64,000 bases of DNA, taken from assembly GCA_963579135.1 (NCBI GenBank), contig CAUZFB010000004.1, forward strand, positions 11,583 through 75,582, read 5' to 3'. Of this stretch, positions 19,665 through 31,439 are shown piece after piece. Both the position numbers and the translations under genes were made by a program. The notes below the pieces were generated by a model. That model was not told the DNA's origin. It did no database searches and worked only from the letters and a program-made list of their open reading frames with translations. Source of the DNA: Dehalococcoidia bacterium. GTDB lineage: Bacteria; Chloroflexota; Dehalococcoidia; Lucifugimonadales; Australimonadaceae. Within the stretch, counting starts at the first letter, position 1. Each line of letters opens with the position of its first letter.

Positions 19665-20906
19665 CTACTCGGTCGGCGATGCTCTGGTCTCTCGAACCGT
19701 CACTGCCGCTGTCGTCGTGATTAGCGTCGCCGCGAGCACCGATACCATCGCGAACAGGCCCACGTTCACCAAGAACACGCTGTGGAAACCGAACATAACG
19801 ACGGCGGCACCACCGACCAAGGGGCCCATCGCAATGCCTATGGACTGCGCCACTTGGTTGGCCCCGAACGCCGCCCCATACTGGCCTTCCGGGGTCTTGT
19901 GGGCGATCAAGGTCTGCAGCATTCCCCACAAGCCCCCTTGGAACAGCGCGACGAGCCCCACTAGGAGCGTGAGCGCAACGATACCATGCGCAAAAAACGG
20001 GCCGAGCGAGGCCAACGACGACGCCGTCGCAGCGCCGATGAACAAGCGGCGGATGCCTATCTTGCCCGCGACCAAACCCGTGAGGATCGATGAGATCGCT
20101 CCCGCGATGCCGATGGACGCAAACACCACCCCGGTCAGAGTCGCACTCTCAGATCCACCCTCAGCATTCGCGACCAAACCGGCTATGGCTGGCGTGATCA
20201 TCAGCAGACCTGCGTGAAGCATCATCGCTATCACGAGCACGGGCAGGAACGTCGAGTTACCAACCAGGGTCCAGAGATTCCGGAACGGCTCCAGTGGGCT
20301 CTTGACCGCCGCAGGCTTGGTGAAGTCTTCACGCACCAGCGTGACCACAAGTGCCGCGGCGAACAGTAGGCCCAGACCCGTCGCGAAGAACGCTGCGCGC
20401 ATGCCCCAGTTGTCGAAGATAACGCCGCCGAACAATGGGCCGATAGCCGTACCGAGCAGGAGCGCTGACATCGTCGCCCCGGCCGCCAGCGGCAGCTTCT
20501 CCCTGGGAGTGTGGGCGGCCACCAGTGCCATGATGGTGGGCACAACTCCCCCTGTGGCGCCCACGAAGAATCGACTAAGCACCAACTGCGAAGCGTTCTG
20601 CGCAAAACCAGAGAGGATCAGAAACACCGCGCCCAACACCAAGGCCCGCAGAATGTTCAGACGGCGTCCGTAGCGATCCCCAACGACCCCCCAGATGGGC
20701 GCGAATAGTCCCATACCCAAGCCCAACAGCCCACCGGAGACTCCCGCCAGAAACGCAGCGCGCTGCGGATCAGCGATGCCAACTTCACCGAAGAAGATAG
20801 GGAAGAACGGGAAAGTGAAAGAGAAGCCGAGAGTCGTTACGACCTGAGCGAACCAGAGAACAATGAGATTACGTTTCCAAGGAAACGATGAAGGGTTCGA
20901 GGTCAT
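19665..20906 (-). CDS. MFS transporter
   Basis: 12-TM-type hydrophobic profile with the MFS loop motif 'GVVGDRYGRR'. The ORF is open to 21017. I prefer ATG 20906 ('MTSNPSSFPWKRN...'). Confidence 0.8.
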   Translation of the reverse strand: MTSNPSSFPWKRNLIVLWFAQVVTTLGFSFTFPFFPIFFGEVGIADPQRAAFLAGVSGGLLGLGMGLFAPIWGVVGDRYGRRLNILRALVLGAVFLILSGFAQNASQLVLSRFFVGATGGVVPTIMALVAAHTPREKLPLAAGATMSALLLGTAIGPLFGGVIFDNWGMRAAFFATGLGLLFAAALVVTLVREDFTKPAAVKSPLEPFRNLWTLVGNSTFLPVLVIAMMLHAGLLMITPAIAGLVANAEGGSESATLTGVVFASIGIAGAISSILTGLVAGKIGIRRLFIGAATASSLASLGPFFAHGIVALTLLVGLVALFQGGLWGMLQTLIAHKTPEGQYGAAFGANQVAQSIGIAMGPLVGGAAVVMFGFHSVFLVNVGLFAMVSVLAATLITTTAAVTVRETRASPTE

Positions 20907-21107
20907 TAACGCCCTGGCCGGGAATTCCTTCGTGAGTGTAGCAGGCATCTCCAACAGAACAGGTACCGCCGAGGACTCGGCACCCCCAGGTAGCCGCGAT
21001 TCAAGAGTCCTTCCCAAAGGTCGCTGTCAGTTGACCGAGCAGGCCACGGACTCTAAACTCGAACCTCTGGCCTGTATCTTTTTCTTCCTCGACGGACGCT
21101 CTTTTTT

Positions 21108-23801
21108 ATGACCAACCAAGACGCCCCCCAGCAGCTGTCAAAGGCCTACGAGGCAGCTGACGTAGAGGAGCGCCTGTATCAATGGTGGGAGTCATCCGGC
21201 TACTTCAAGGCCAGCCCCAACCCTGACAAGAAGCCCTTCACCATCGTCATGCCCCCGCCCAACGTCACGGGTGAACTGCATCTCGGGCACGCCGTCACCG
21301 CAACCATCGAAGATGCCCTCACGCGCTACCACCGCATGCAGGGGTTTGAAGCGCTATGGCTGCCCGGCAAAGATCATGCAGGCATAGCCACGCAGATGGT
21401 TGTGGAACGTGCGCTCGCCCTGCAGGGTCTCGACAGGCACCAGATGGGTCGAGAGAAGTTCATCGAGCGCGTTTGGGAGTGGGTCGGCAAATACGGAAAC
21501 ATCATCGACAACCAGCACAGGCGCCTGGGGGCGTCCTGCGACTGGACTCGCCTCACGTTCACACTCGACCCCGGCCCCAGCAGGGCAGTGCGGACGACGT
21601 TCAAGAACCTCTATGAGAAGAAGCTGATCTACCGCGGCGAGCGCATGATCAACTGGTGCGTCGGCTGCCGTACCGCACTGTCGGACCTTGAGGTTGACCA
21701 CGCCGACGAGGACGGTGCCTTCTATCATATCCGTTACCCGCTCGAGTCTGGCCAGAGCCACATAACCGTTGCCACCACGCGCCCCGAAACGTTGTTCGGC
21801 GACACTGCCATTGCCGTGAACCCCAACGATGAGCGCTTCGCAGGGTTCCGTGGCAAGCGAGTCCTGCTCCCCATCCTCGGTAGGCCCATCCCCGTCATCG
21901 AGGACGAGGTCGTCGCCATCGAGTTCGGCACAGGCGCCCTAAAGATCACGCCAGGCCACGACCCCAACGACTTCGATACGGGCGAGCGCCACGGCCTACC
22001 CGTCATCAACATCCTCAACGACGACGGTACACTCAACGAGGAAGCAGGCCCCTACCAGGGCTACGACCGCTTCGAGGCGCGCAAGGCCATCGTCGAACAA
22101 CTCGATAGCGATGGTTTGTTAGAGAATATCGAACATCACGTCCATTCCGTCGGCCACTGCCAGCGCAGCGGCGACATCGTAGAGCCCATCGTCAGCAAAC
22201 AATGGTTCGTTAATGTGGGTCCTCTCGCCAAGCGGGCTCTCGACGCCGTCAAAACCGGCAAGATCACCATTGTCCCTGATCGCTTCGAGCACGAGTACGC
22301 CCATTGGATGGAGAACATCCACGACTGGTGCATCTCGCGCCAGCTCTGGTGGGGTCACCGTATCCCTGTGTGGTACTGCGCCGACTGCGAGCACGTCACC
22401 GTCGCCATCGACGACGCCACGTCATGCGAAAGTTGCGGCTCAACCAACATCGCCCAGGACGAAGACGTCCTAGACACCTGGTTCTCCTCCGGTCTATGGC
22501 CCCACTCGACCCTCGGGTGGCCCGAGCAGACCGAAGATTTGAAATACTTCTACCCCACGGCCGTCCTCGAAACCGGCTACGACATCCTGTTTTTCTGGAT
22601 CGCCCGCATGGTGATGTTGGGCCTCGAGAACATGGACGACGTGCCCTTCACCACCATTTACCTCCATGGCCTCGTTCGCGACGAACACGGCGCGAAGATG
22701 AGCAAGACCAAGGGCAACGTCATCGACCCCCTCGAGGCCATCCGCGAGTACGGGACCGATGCCCTGCGTTTCGCCCTCACGACGGGCAACACCCCAGGTA
22801 GCGACAGCCGCATGAGTCCAAGCAAGCTCCAGGCCGCGCGCAACTTCTCCAACAAACTGTGGAATGTCTCGCGCTACGTGCTCAGCACCCTGGACACTAG
22901 CGCCGATCTGGCCGGCTGGAACGGTGCAGCGCTGCCTCGCCAGCACATCGAGGACCAGTGGATCCTCAGCCAAGCGCAGCTCACCGCCATGAAGGTCAAC
23001 GAGCTAATGAAGGACTGGCAACTAGGCGAAGCCCAACGCGTCCTTCACGATTTCATCTGGAACGACTTTGCCGACTGGTATATCGAGCTCGCCAAGGTCC
23101 GCATCCGCGCCGGCGACGACGCACCTCGCAAGGTCCTCGGCCATGTCCTTGAGCGATCCCTGCGACTGCTGCACCCCTTCATGCCGTTCATCACCGAAGA
23201 GCTCTGGCAGCACCTCACCAAGACGCTCCCGCCGGAAGGCAATCAACCCGCCAGCATAATGATCGCTCCCTACCCGAACCCTGCTGCTCGCATGAGCGCC
23301 GAAGACCTCAACGCCCGCCTCGCCGAGCAAGCGCCCGCCGGGGAAAGCGTCGAGCTCATGATCGGCGTCGTCCGTGCAATTAGGAACATACGCGCGGAGT
23401 TCAAAATCGAGCCCGCGCGCCCACTTGATGTCTCCATCGAGTTGGCCAGCGGCGCTCCTGCGCTGGAGACCGAAGCCAGCGCCATCAAACAATTGGCCCG
23501 CGTCGGCAACCTCACTTTCGGCCCAAGTACCAACGATAGCCAAACCGTCAAGCTCGTAGTCGGAGCCGCCACCGTCACGCTGGCAATCGGCGACGCCGTC
23601 GACCTTGCCGCCGAGCGACTCAGGCTCGAAGCTGAGATTCAAGAGACCGAGAAGTACACGAAAGGTCTATCCGGCAGACTCGCCAACGAACAATTCACCA
23701 GCAAAGCCCCCGCCGATGTCATCGAGCGCGAGCGTGGGCGTCTCGAAGAAGCCCTCGCCAGGGCAACCCGCATCCGCGAACTCCTGAGTGACCGCAGCTA
23801 G
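21108..23801 (+). CDS. valS: Valine--tRNA ligase
   Basis: 'PPPNVTGELHLGHA' (HIGH), 'KMSKTKGN' (KMSKS), a CP1 editing domain, and a C-terminal coiled coil 'LRLEAEIQETEKYTKGLSGRLANEQFTSKAP'. Confidence 0.97.
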   Translation: MTNQDAPQQLSKAYEAADVEERLYQWWESSGYFKASPNPDKKPFTIVMPPPNVTGELHLGHAVTATIEDALTRYHRMQGFEALWLPGKDHAGIATQMVVERALALQGLDRHQMGREKFIERVWEWVGKYGNIIDNQHRRLGASCDWTRLTFTLDPGPSRAVRTTFKNLYEKKLIYRGERMINWCVGCRTALSDLEVDHADEDGAFYHIRYPLESGQSHITVATTRPETLFGDTAIAVNPNDERFAGFRGKRVLLPILGRPIPVIEDEVVAIEFGTGALKITPGHDPNDFDTGERHGLPVINILNDDGTLNEEAGPYQGYDRFEARKAIVEQLDSDGLLENIEHHVHSVGHCQRSGDIVEPIVSKQWFVNVGPLAKRALDAVKTGKITIVPDRFEHEYAHWMENIHDWCISRQLWWGHRIPVWYCADCEHVTVAIDDATSCESCGSTNIAQDEDVLDTWFSSGLWPHSTLGWPEQTEDLKYFYPTAVLETGYDILFFWIARMVMLGLENMDDVPFTTIYLHGLVRDEHGAKMSKTKGNVIDPLEAIREYGTDALRFALTTGNTPGSDSRMSPSKLQAARNFSNKLWNVSRYVLSTLDTSADLAGWNGAALPRQHIEDQWILSQAQLTAMKVNELMKDWQLGEAQRVLHDFIWNDFADWYIELAKVRIRAGDDAPRKVLGHVLERSLRLLHPFMPFITEELWQHLTKTLPPEGNQPASIMIAPYPNPAARMSAEDLNARLAEQAPAGESVELMIGVVRAIRNIRAEFKIEPARPLDVSIELASGAPALETEASAIKQLARVGNLTFGPSTNDSQTVKLVVGAATVTLAIGDAVDLAAERLRLEAEIQETEKYTKGLSGRLANEQFTSKAPADVIERERGRLEEALARATRIRELLSDRS

Positions 23802-23859
23802 AGGCCCCAGACCTGCCGAAACAGACAGTCTCCCCTCGCACAGGAGGCAAGGACAACAT

Positions 23860-25143
23860 ATGGCCTTAGTGCCAGGCCCCGCCAGACACAATCTCCTCCG
23901 TCCAGAGTTGATCGTCATCGTTGGAGGACTCATCGCGACGGCACACGCCGCCATGATGATTACTATCCCTGCCCTCCCCACGTTCGTGGATGACCTGGGT
24001 AGTTTCCTGTTCATTGGGGTCGCCATGTCCTACGGCATCGCGCTGGCCTCTTCCAGCGTGGGCCGTGTCGTGACCAATATTCCCGCAGGGATCTTGTCTG
24101 AGCGCATCGGCCGCAAACCGATCATGATCGCCGGAGCGATCATTGTCACCGTATTTGGATCTCTCACCGGTGTCGCACCCAACGCGCCAACTCTCTGGTT
24201 GTTTCGCCTGCTCATGGGCATCGGCAGCGCAATGGTCATCACCGTCGCCAACGTTGTCGCGACAGATCTCAGCAGCGTGGACAATCGCGGCCGCGTCCTA
24301 GGCCTCATGCATGGGATGCAGCTCGTCGTTGGCATCTCCACCCCAGCGCTCGGAGGATTCCTCGCGGGGCTCGTGGACATCCGCGCGCCGTTCTACGTCT
24401 CCGGGGGAGGAACAGCAATCTTCGCAGTGTGGGCGCTGTTCCGTCTGCCGGAAACTCGCCCCCACATTCCGCGTATCGCCGGAGCAATCTCAAGTTTCCG
24501 TCAGCCGAGTGGGGCCATGTCCCTACTCAAAGACCCCAGCTTCTTCTGGGCTTGTATGCTCGGTTTCTCGACGTTCTACCTGCGGAACGGAGCGACCACC
24601 GGCCTGATTCCTCTGTACATGAAAGAAGTGCTGGACATGGGGCCGATACAACTCGGTCTCCTCTTCACCGTCGCTTCAGTCATCCATGGAATCATCATCT
24701 ATCCCGCAGGCTGGGCGTCCGACATCTGGGGTCGCAAACCCCTCATCGTCCCTACCGGGATCCTTGTTGGCATCGGAGTCGCGGCAATCCCGTTCATGAC
24801 CGAAGTCATGCCATTCATCATCACCTTCGTACTCCTCCATGCCGCTGTAGGCTGGGGAGGCCAGGCGCCAACCGCTTATCTGGGTGACATCGCGCCCGAC
24901 GGGATGCGAGGCGCGGCTTTCGGCATGTACCGGACCTTCGGAGACACAGCGGGCATCATCGGGCCTCTGGTCGCTCTGGGGCTCGCCGACTATGTGTCGT
25001 TCAAAGTTGCGTTCGGATCTGGTGCGATTCTATGGCTGGCGACCATCATCGTGTTCTGGAGAGTCGCCAAAGAATCAGCGGGGAGCAAGCGCACCCACCC
25101 GCGAACCATGCGGGCGGACACAGCACCGTCGTCACGCCACTAG
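23860..25143 (+). CDS. MFS transporter
   Basis: AGGAGG at 23843..23848 precedes ATG 23860. The MFS motif 'GILSERIGRKP' and a polytopic profile are present. The ORF track begins earlier (23788), overlapping valS. Confidence 0.8.
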   Translation: MALVPGPARHNLLRPELIVIVGGLIATAHAAMMITIPALPTFVDDLGSFLFIGVAMSYGIALASSSVGRVVTNIPAGILSERIGRKPIMIAGAIIVTVFGSLTGVAPNAPTLWLFRLLMGIGSAMVITVANVVATDLSSVDNRGRVLGLMHGMQLVVGISTPALGGFLAGLVDIRAPFYVSGGGTAIFAVWALFRLPETRPHIPRIAGAISSFRQPSGAMSLLKDPSFFWACMLGFSTFYLRNGATTGLIPLYMKEVLDMGPIQLGLLFTVASVIHGIIIYPAGWASDIWGRKPLIVPTGILVGIGVAAIPFMTEVMPFIITFVLLHAAVGWGGQAPTAYLGDIAPDGMRGAAFGMYRTFGDTAGIIGPLVALGLADYVSFKVAFGSGAILWLATIIVFWRVAKESAGSKRTHPRTMRADTAPSSRH

Positions 25144-25183
25144 CTCCGTCTCTTCCGCCACCAACGGTGGCGCGCTAACGTCG

Positions 25184-25486
25184 TCACTCCGGACAATCGG
25201 CCCCGTCCTTGTGCAGCACCTCAACGAACAAGCGACGCCCGAACAACGAGCATTTTACGCCCAGACGTGCCCTATTCGCGTACAGCGGCAGCCGGTCAGA
25301 AACGTAAACGTCCACTTCGTCGACGCGCGAGCATGCATACCCACACTTGGAGCGGCGGCCGTCATCGGTGTCGACTGACACCGTCGCTTTACCCCCTCAC
25401 CCCAGCGGGGGGATCAGGTGCAGCATCGCCGACTGGTTGCGCTCTCGCATCCACTCGACAGCTTCGCTTGAAACATCTACATGCAT
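25184..25486 (-). CDS. Small HesB/IscA-like protein with an in-frame UGA (candidate selenocysteine codon at 25397..25399), or alternatively a nonsense pseudogene
   Basis: The same frame is open from ATG 25484..25486 (AAGGG upstream) through one TGA into the 65-aa ORF of the track. Joined product: MHVDVSSEAVEWMRERNQSAMLHLIPPLG-U-GGKATVSVDTDD...EVDVYVSD...CPE. A hairpin CGGUGUC-AGUC-GACACCG starts 13 nt after the UGA. Confidence 0.45.
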
Positions 25487-25530
25487 CGTGCCCTTTGATG
25501 CCCGTACAGTCGTTCCGGTGCACACGATCG

Positions 25531-26325
25531 CTAATCAAAGTCCTCGCCGTCCCATAGAGGGTCCACACCACCCTTGCCTTGCGTCTGGGGCGCAACGCCC
25601 CATATCTCCTCGAGCATAATCAGCCCTTTGCGAGTATCCGACGCGATCCGGGCCGAATCGTGATTGCCCACCCTGTACTTGAAGAGCGAGTAGGTGAATT
25701 CTTTCCATTCACTCAGCGAAAACTTTACGCTTGGGCGCTCACCACGCTCGCGACGGAACCGCCGCATCAGCGTACTGAGGTCAGCTCGGTAAAGCTTTCC
25801 GCACACCAGGTCAAGAACGCCGAACGGGTGATGAAGGCCGCGGACCCCGCGCTCCTTCTGCACCTCGCGTTCGACCGCGTGCCAAAGCGCCTCCTCCACC
25901 ACTACGCCATAGAAGAAGTTCAGATGCGCTCGGTACTTCTCGAAACCCAGCGCTTCCCTGAAGTGAGCAGGCGAGACTTCATCGGGAAGCTGACCGGTCA
26001 CCAACAGTCGCTCAACCGCTGCCGCGGGCACAAGGCCGGGTGACATCTGTTCGACACCGCGAAGCAGCCGTTCAGCGAGGAGCAGCCAGTCGAAGGCCTC
26101 GCCCCCCAGCAGGTATGTCAGCTCCACTCCCTCCACCGTCTCGCACGGTAGTGACCAACGCCCGACCGTTTCCACGAGCGCTGGCGCCCAGGACGACCCG
26201 ACCGTAATCTCGCGGACCAAATCGGTCAACACAGGAGAAGCGTAGCTTGCCAGGGCATGCCCCGCCGAGGGATCTGTTCCTGCGTCCCCAACAGACATTC
26301 GGCCTTGGACGCTCCCCTCCACCAC
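25531..26325 (-). CDS. Hypothetical protein, tightly coupled downstream of secA
   Basis: 264-aa ORF starting 5 nt after the secA stop on the same strand. I recognise no family motif. The sequence is acidic/aromatic-rich ('FYGVVVEEALWHAVEREVQKE', 'FSLSEWKEFTYSLFKYRVGNHD'). Confidence 0.55.
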   Translation of the reverse strand: MVEGSVQGRMSVGDAGTDPSAGHALASYASPVLTDLVREITVGSSWAPALVETVGRWSLPCETVEGVELTYLLGGEAFDWLLLAERLLRGVEQMSPGLVPAAAVERLLVTGQLPDEVSPAHFREALGFEKYRAHLNFFYGVVVEEALWHAVEREVQKERGVRGLHHPFGVLDLVCGKLYRADLSTLMRRFRRERGERPSVKFSLSEWKEFTYSLFKYRVGNHDSARIASDTRKGLIMLEEIWGVAPQTQGKGGVDPLWDGEDFD

Positions 26326-26330
26326 TGTTT

Positions 26331-29000
<2,670 letters not shown>

Positions 29001-29214
29001 TTCTCCCGTTTCGCCGCTCCAAAAGCGGGCACATCATTCTACCAGCCGCATCGAGTGGCACTCGCCCCAGCAAGCACGATAGGCCACCGCCTTGTTTATA
29101 AATTGACCCGCCAACAAAGAAAACGGTTCTAACATGCACTACGGGTCGATACCGAGCACCGTCTCCTTTACCCAGTTCCAATGCGTCGCTTCCGAATAGT
29201 GCAGCAGGTACTCC

Positions 29215-29614
29215 TGGCCAAACTTCGGGATGTACAGCAGGAACAACACTAGCGCCAACGATCTCATAGCCCTGAGCGGCGGCTCCGCTGTCGCCGCCGC
29301 GTTCTTGACCAGTGCACCACTGTGGCTGCTTGCGCCCGTGTTGTCCCTGTGGGGGCTGCACCATCGTGGCGGACTCAGCGCAATGCTCCGCAGTGATATC
29401 TGAACTCAGCCCACCTCAGTACGTCGGCTCAGCCCTCACCATCCAGACATCCATTGGCTTCTTGCTCACGCTCAGATCGATCCATCTCGTCCCGGTCTTC
29501 GTCGACGCATTCGGCTGGCCGGGAGCCTTCGCCCTGCTCGCGATCGGCATCGTCGCCATGCTCTGGCTCCGGCGCCTGCCCGAATCCCTCGCCCTCGCCT
29601 CCGGCCATCGCTAA
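29215..29614 (+). pseudogene. 3' remnant of an MFS transporter gene (N-terminal half missing, internal frameshift)
   Basis: '...ALSGGSAVAAAFLTSAPLWLLAPVLSLWG', then a frameshift, then 'ADSAQCSAVISELSPPQYVGSALTIQTSIGFLLTLRSIHLVPVFVDAFGWPGAFALLAIG'. This reads as the last TM helices of an MFS protein. There is no room for the N-terminal half before the secA start at 29000. Confidence 0.55.
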
Positions 29615-29621
29615 TAAGAAG

Positions 29622-30518
29622 CTAAGTCACGCCTACCGAGACACCCGGCACATTGACCCGCATTCGGTAGAGCCCGGTGCGGGCGGTCAGGTAGAGGCCC
29701 TTCCAGTCCGGGTCACCCCAAGCACAGTTCGCCGGGACCTCCGGCATCCTAACGCGACCGAGTAACGTACCCTTGGACGAGAATACCCAAAGTCCAGATG
29801 GGCCAGTCGAGTACACGTTGCCTTCAACGTCCACCTTCATGCCGTCCGGGTTCCCTTGTTCGAGTTCCTGCGCGGTCAATTCAGCGAATACCCGCCCCTT
29901 GCCCAGCGTTCCGTCACTGTTCACCGGGTACGCGTTAATCAACCGTGGCGACGAGTCAATCACGTACAACGTCTTCTGGTCCGGCGAGAACGCCAGGCCG
30001 TTCGGTCGCTCCAGATCCGTCACCACAGCGGACAGGCCCGTTCCGTCCGACGCCATCTTGAACACCCCGTTGAACGGCACCTGCTTGTCGCGCGTCTGGT
30101 TCGTCAAGCCGTACGGTGGGTCCGTGAAGTAGATCGTCCCGTCGTTGCGGACCACCACGTCATTCGGGCTGCTGAGCCGTCTCGTCTCGAAGCGTGACGC
30201 CAGGATCGTCAGCGTACCGTCCGGCTCCGTGCGGGTGACCCTCCGCGTTCCGTGCTCGCACGTGATCAACCGTCCTTGTGCATCGAGCGTTTGACCGTTC
30301 GAATTGCCACTTGGGTACCGGAATGTCATCACCGACGGCCCCTCTTCCTGCATCTCGTAACGGACGATCCGATTCGACGGTATGTCAGAGAACAGCAGAT
30401 GGTCCCCACGCCAAACGGGCCCTTCGGTAAAGGCTAACCCAGTCGCCAGGAGCTCCACCTGCGGGTCGGTGCCGATCAGGCGAACGAGATCAGGATGGAT
30501 GGACTCGACAGTGACCAT
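29622..30518 (-). CDS. SMP-30 / gluconolactonase / LRE-like family protein
   Basis: Six-bladed propeller motifs: 'TEGPVWRGDHLLFSDIPSNRI', 'PNDVVVRNDGTIYFTDP', 'PNGLAFSPDQKTLYV', 'PDGMKVDVEGNVY'. Confidence 0.85.
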   Translation of the reverse strand: MVTVESIHPDLVRLIGTDPQVELLATGLAFTEGPVWRGDHLLFSDIPSNRIVRYEMQEEGPSVMTFRYPSGNSNGQTLDAQGRLITCEHGTRRVTRTEPDGTLTILASRFETRRLSSPNDVVVRNDGTIYFTDPPYGLTNQTRDKQVPFNGVFKMASDGTGLSAVVTDLERPNGLAFSPDQKTLYVIDSSPRLINAYPVNSDGTLGKGRVFAELTAQELEQGNPDGMKVDVEGNVYSTGPSGLWVFSSKGTLLGRVRMPEVPANCAWGDPDWKGLYLTARTGLYRMRVNVPGVSVGVT

Positions 30519-30663
30519 TGGATCAGCCTCCCAGGGAGCTAGATATTCAAGCGGTGCACGCTACCACCCGAGGCACGAACGTTTTCACGCATCGCACCAT
30601 ACGTCAAGCTGCGCCCTCGCGTCTGACCATTCACCAGCGCTGCCACTCTACTAACATGAGCGC

Positions 30664-31323
30664 ATGTTCCTCCATCGCCCCATCGGCAACACCATGTCGC
30701 TAGCCTCGCTCATCGCCGCCTGGTCCAGTGTTGGCGGCCGGTCGCAAACGCAAACCAAGCCCACGACCACAATCGTCGGCATCGACGGCCCGGCCGGTGC
30801 TGGCAAAAGCTCGCTCTGCTCGGCGCTGGCCGCGATCGACTCCGCCATCGCCATCGTCCACATGGATGACTTCTTCGTACCGCCCACCCTGCGCGTCGCA
30901 CCGGACGAAGAAGTCGGTCGCCAGATCGATTGGCGCCTCGTCATCAATCAGGTAGTGGCCCTACTCGCCAACGGTCTGCCGGGCCACTACCAACGCTTCG
31001 ACTGGGCCACCTACGCACTCCAGGAATGGCATGACGTCCCAACGGGTGGCATCGTTCTACTCGACGGCGTGTACTCAACGCGCGAGGAGATATCGCCCTT
31101 CCTCGCACAACGCATTTGGGTGACTGTGCCTCGCGATCTCGGGCTCCAACGCGGCATCGACCGCGACGGTGAAAAGAGTCGCGATTGGTGGATGACAGAC
31201 TGGGTTGAGGACGAAGACCGCTACATCCTCATGGACCGTCCTGAAGACCTGGCTGACGTCGTCATAGACGGCACTCGCGGCCTGGAGCACTTCCAGCGCG
31301 GCGAGTACGTCCGAGTGCGCTGA
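30664..31323 (+). CDS. P-loop NTPase, uridine-kinase-like
   Basis: Walker A 'IVGIDGPAGAGKSSL', followed by 'VHMDDFF' and 'VLLDGVY', as in the uridine kinase/PRK family. The substrate is unknown. Confidence 0.65.
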   Translation: MFLHRPIGNTMSLASLIAAWSSVGGRSQTQTKPTTTIVGIDGPAGAGKSSLCSALAAIDSAIAIVHMDDFFVPPTLRVAPDEEVGRQIDWRLVINQVVALLANGLPGHYQRFDWATYALQEWHDVPTGGIVLLDGVYSTREEISPFLAQRIWVTVPRDLGLQRGIDRDGEKSRDWWMTDWVEDEDRYILMDRPEDLADVVIDGTRGLEHFQRGEYVRVR

Positions 31324-31439
31324 GCCCCGGCGGAGCGCTCAGGATCCAACCCGTCTGCGAAAGCGGCTGCTAGAATCGCCCGCATCTCGATACCACGAGC
31401 AGCTCATCCCTCGCGCCCGCAGTTAATTTAGGAGGCCCC

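Noticed and set aside
21018-21107. T-box leaders upstream of valS (and of aspS at 11068..11121).
   Set aside because: The upstream gaps are about 90 nt and 54 nt. These are far too short for a T-box riboswitch (about 200 nt or more), and no 'AGGGUGGNACCGCG' T-box sequence is present.
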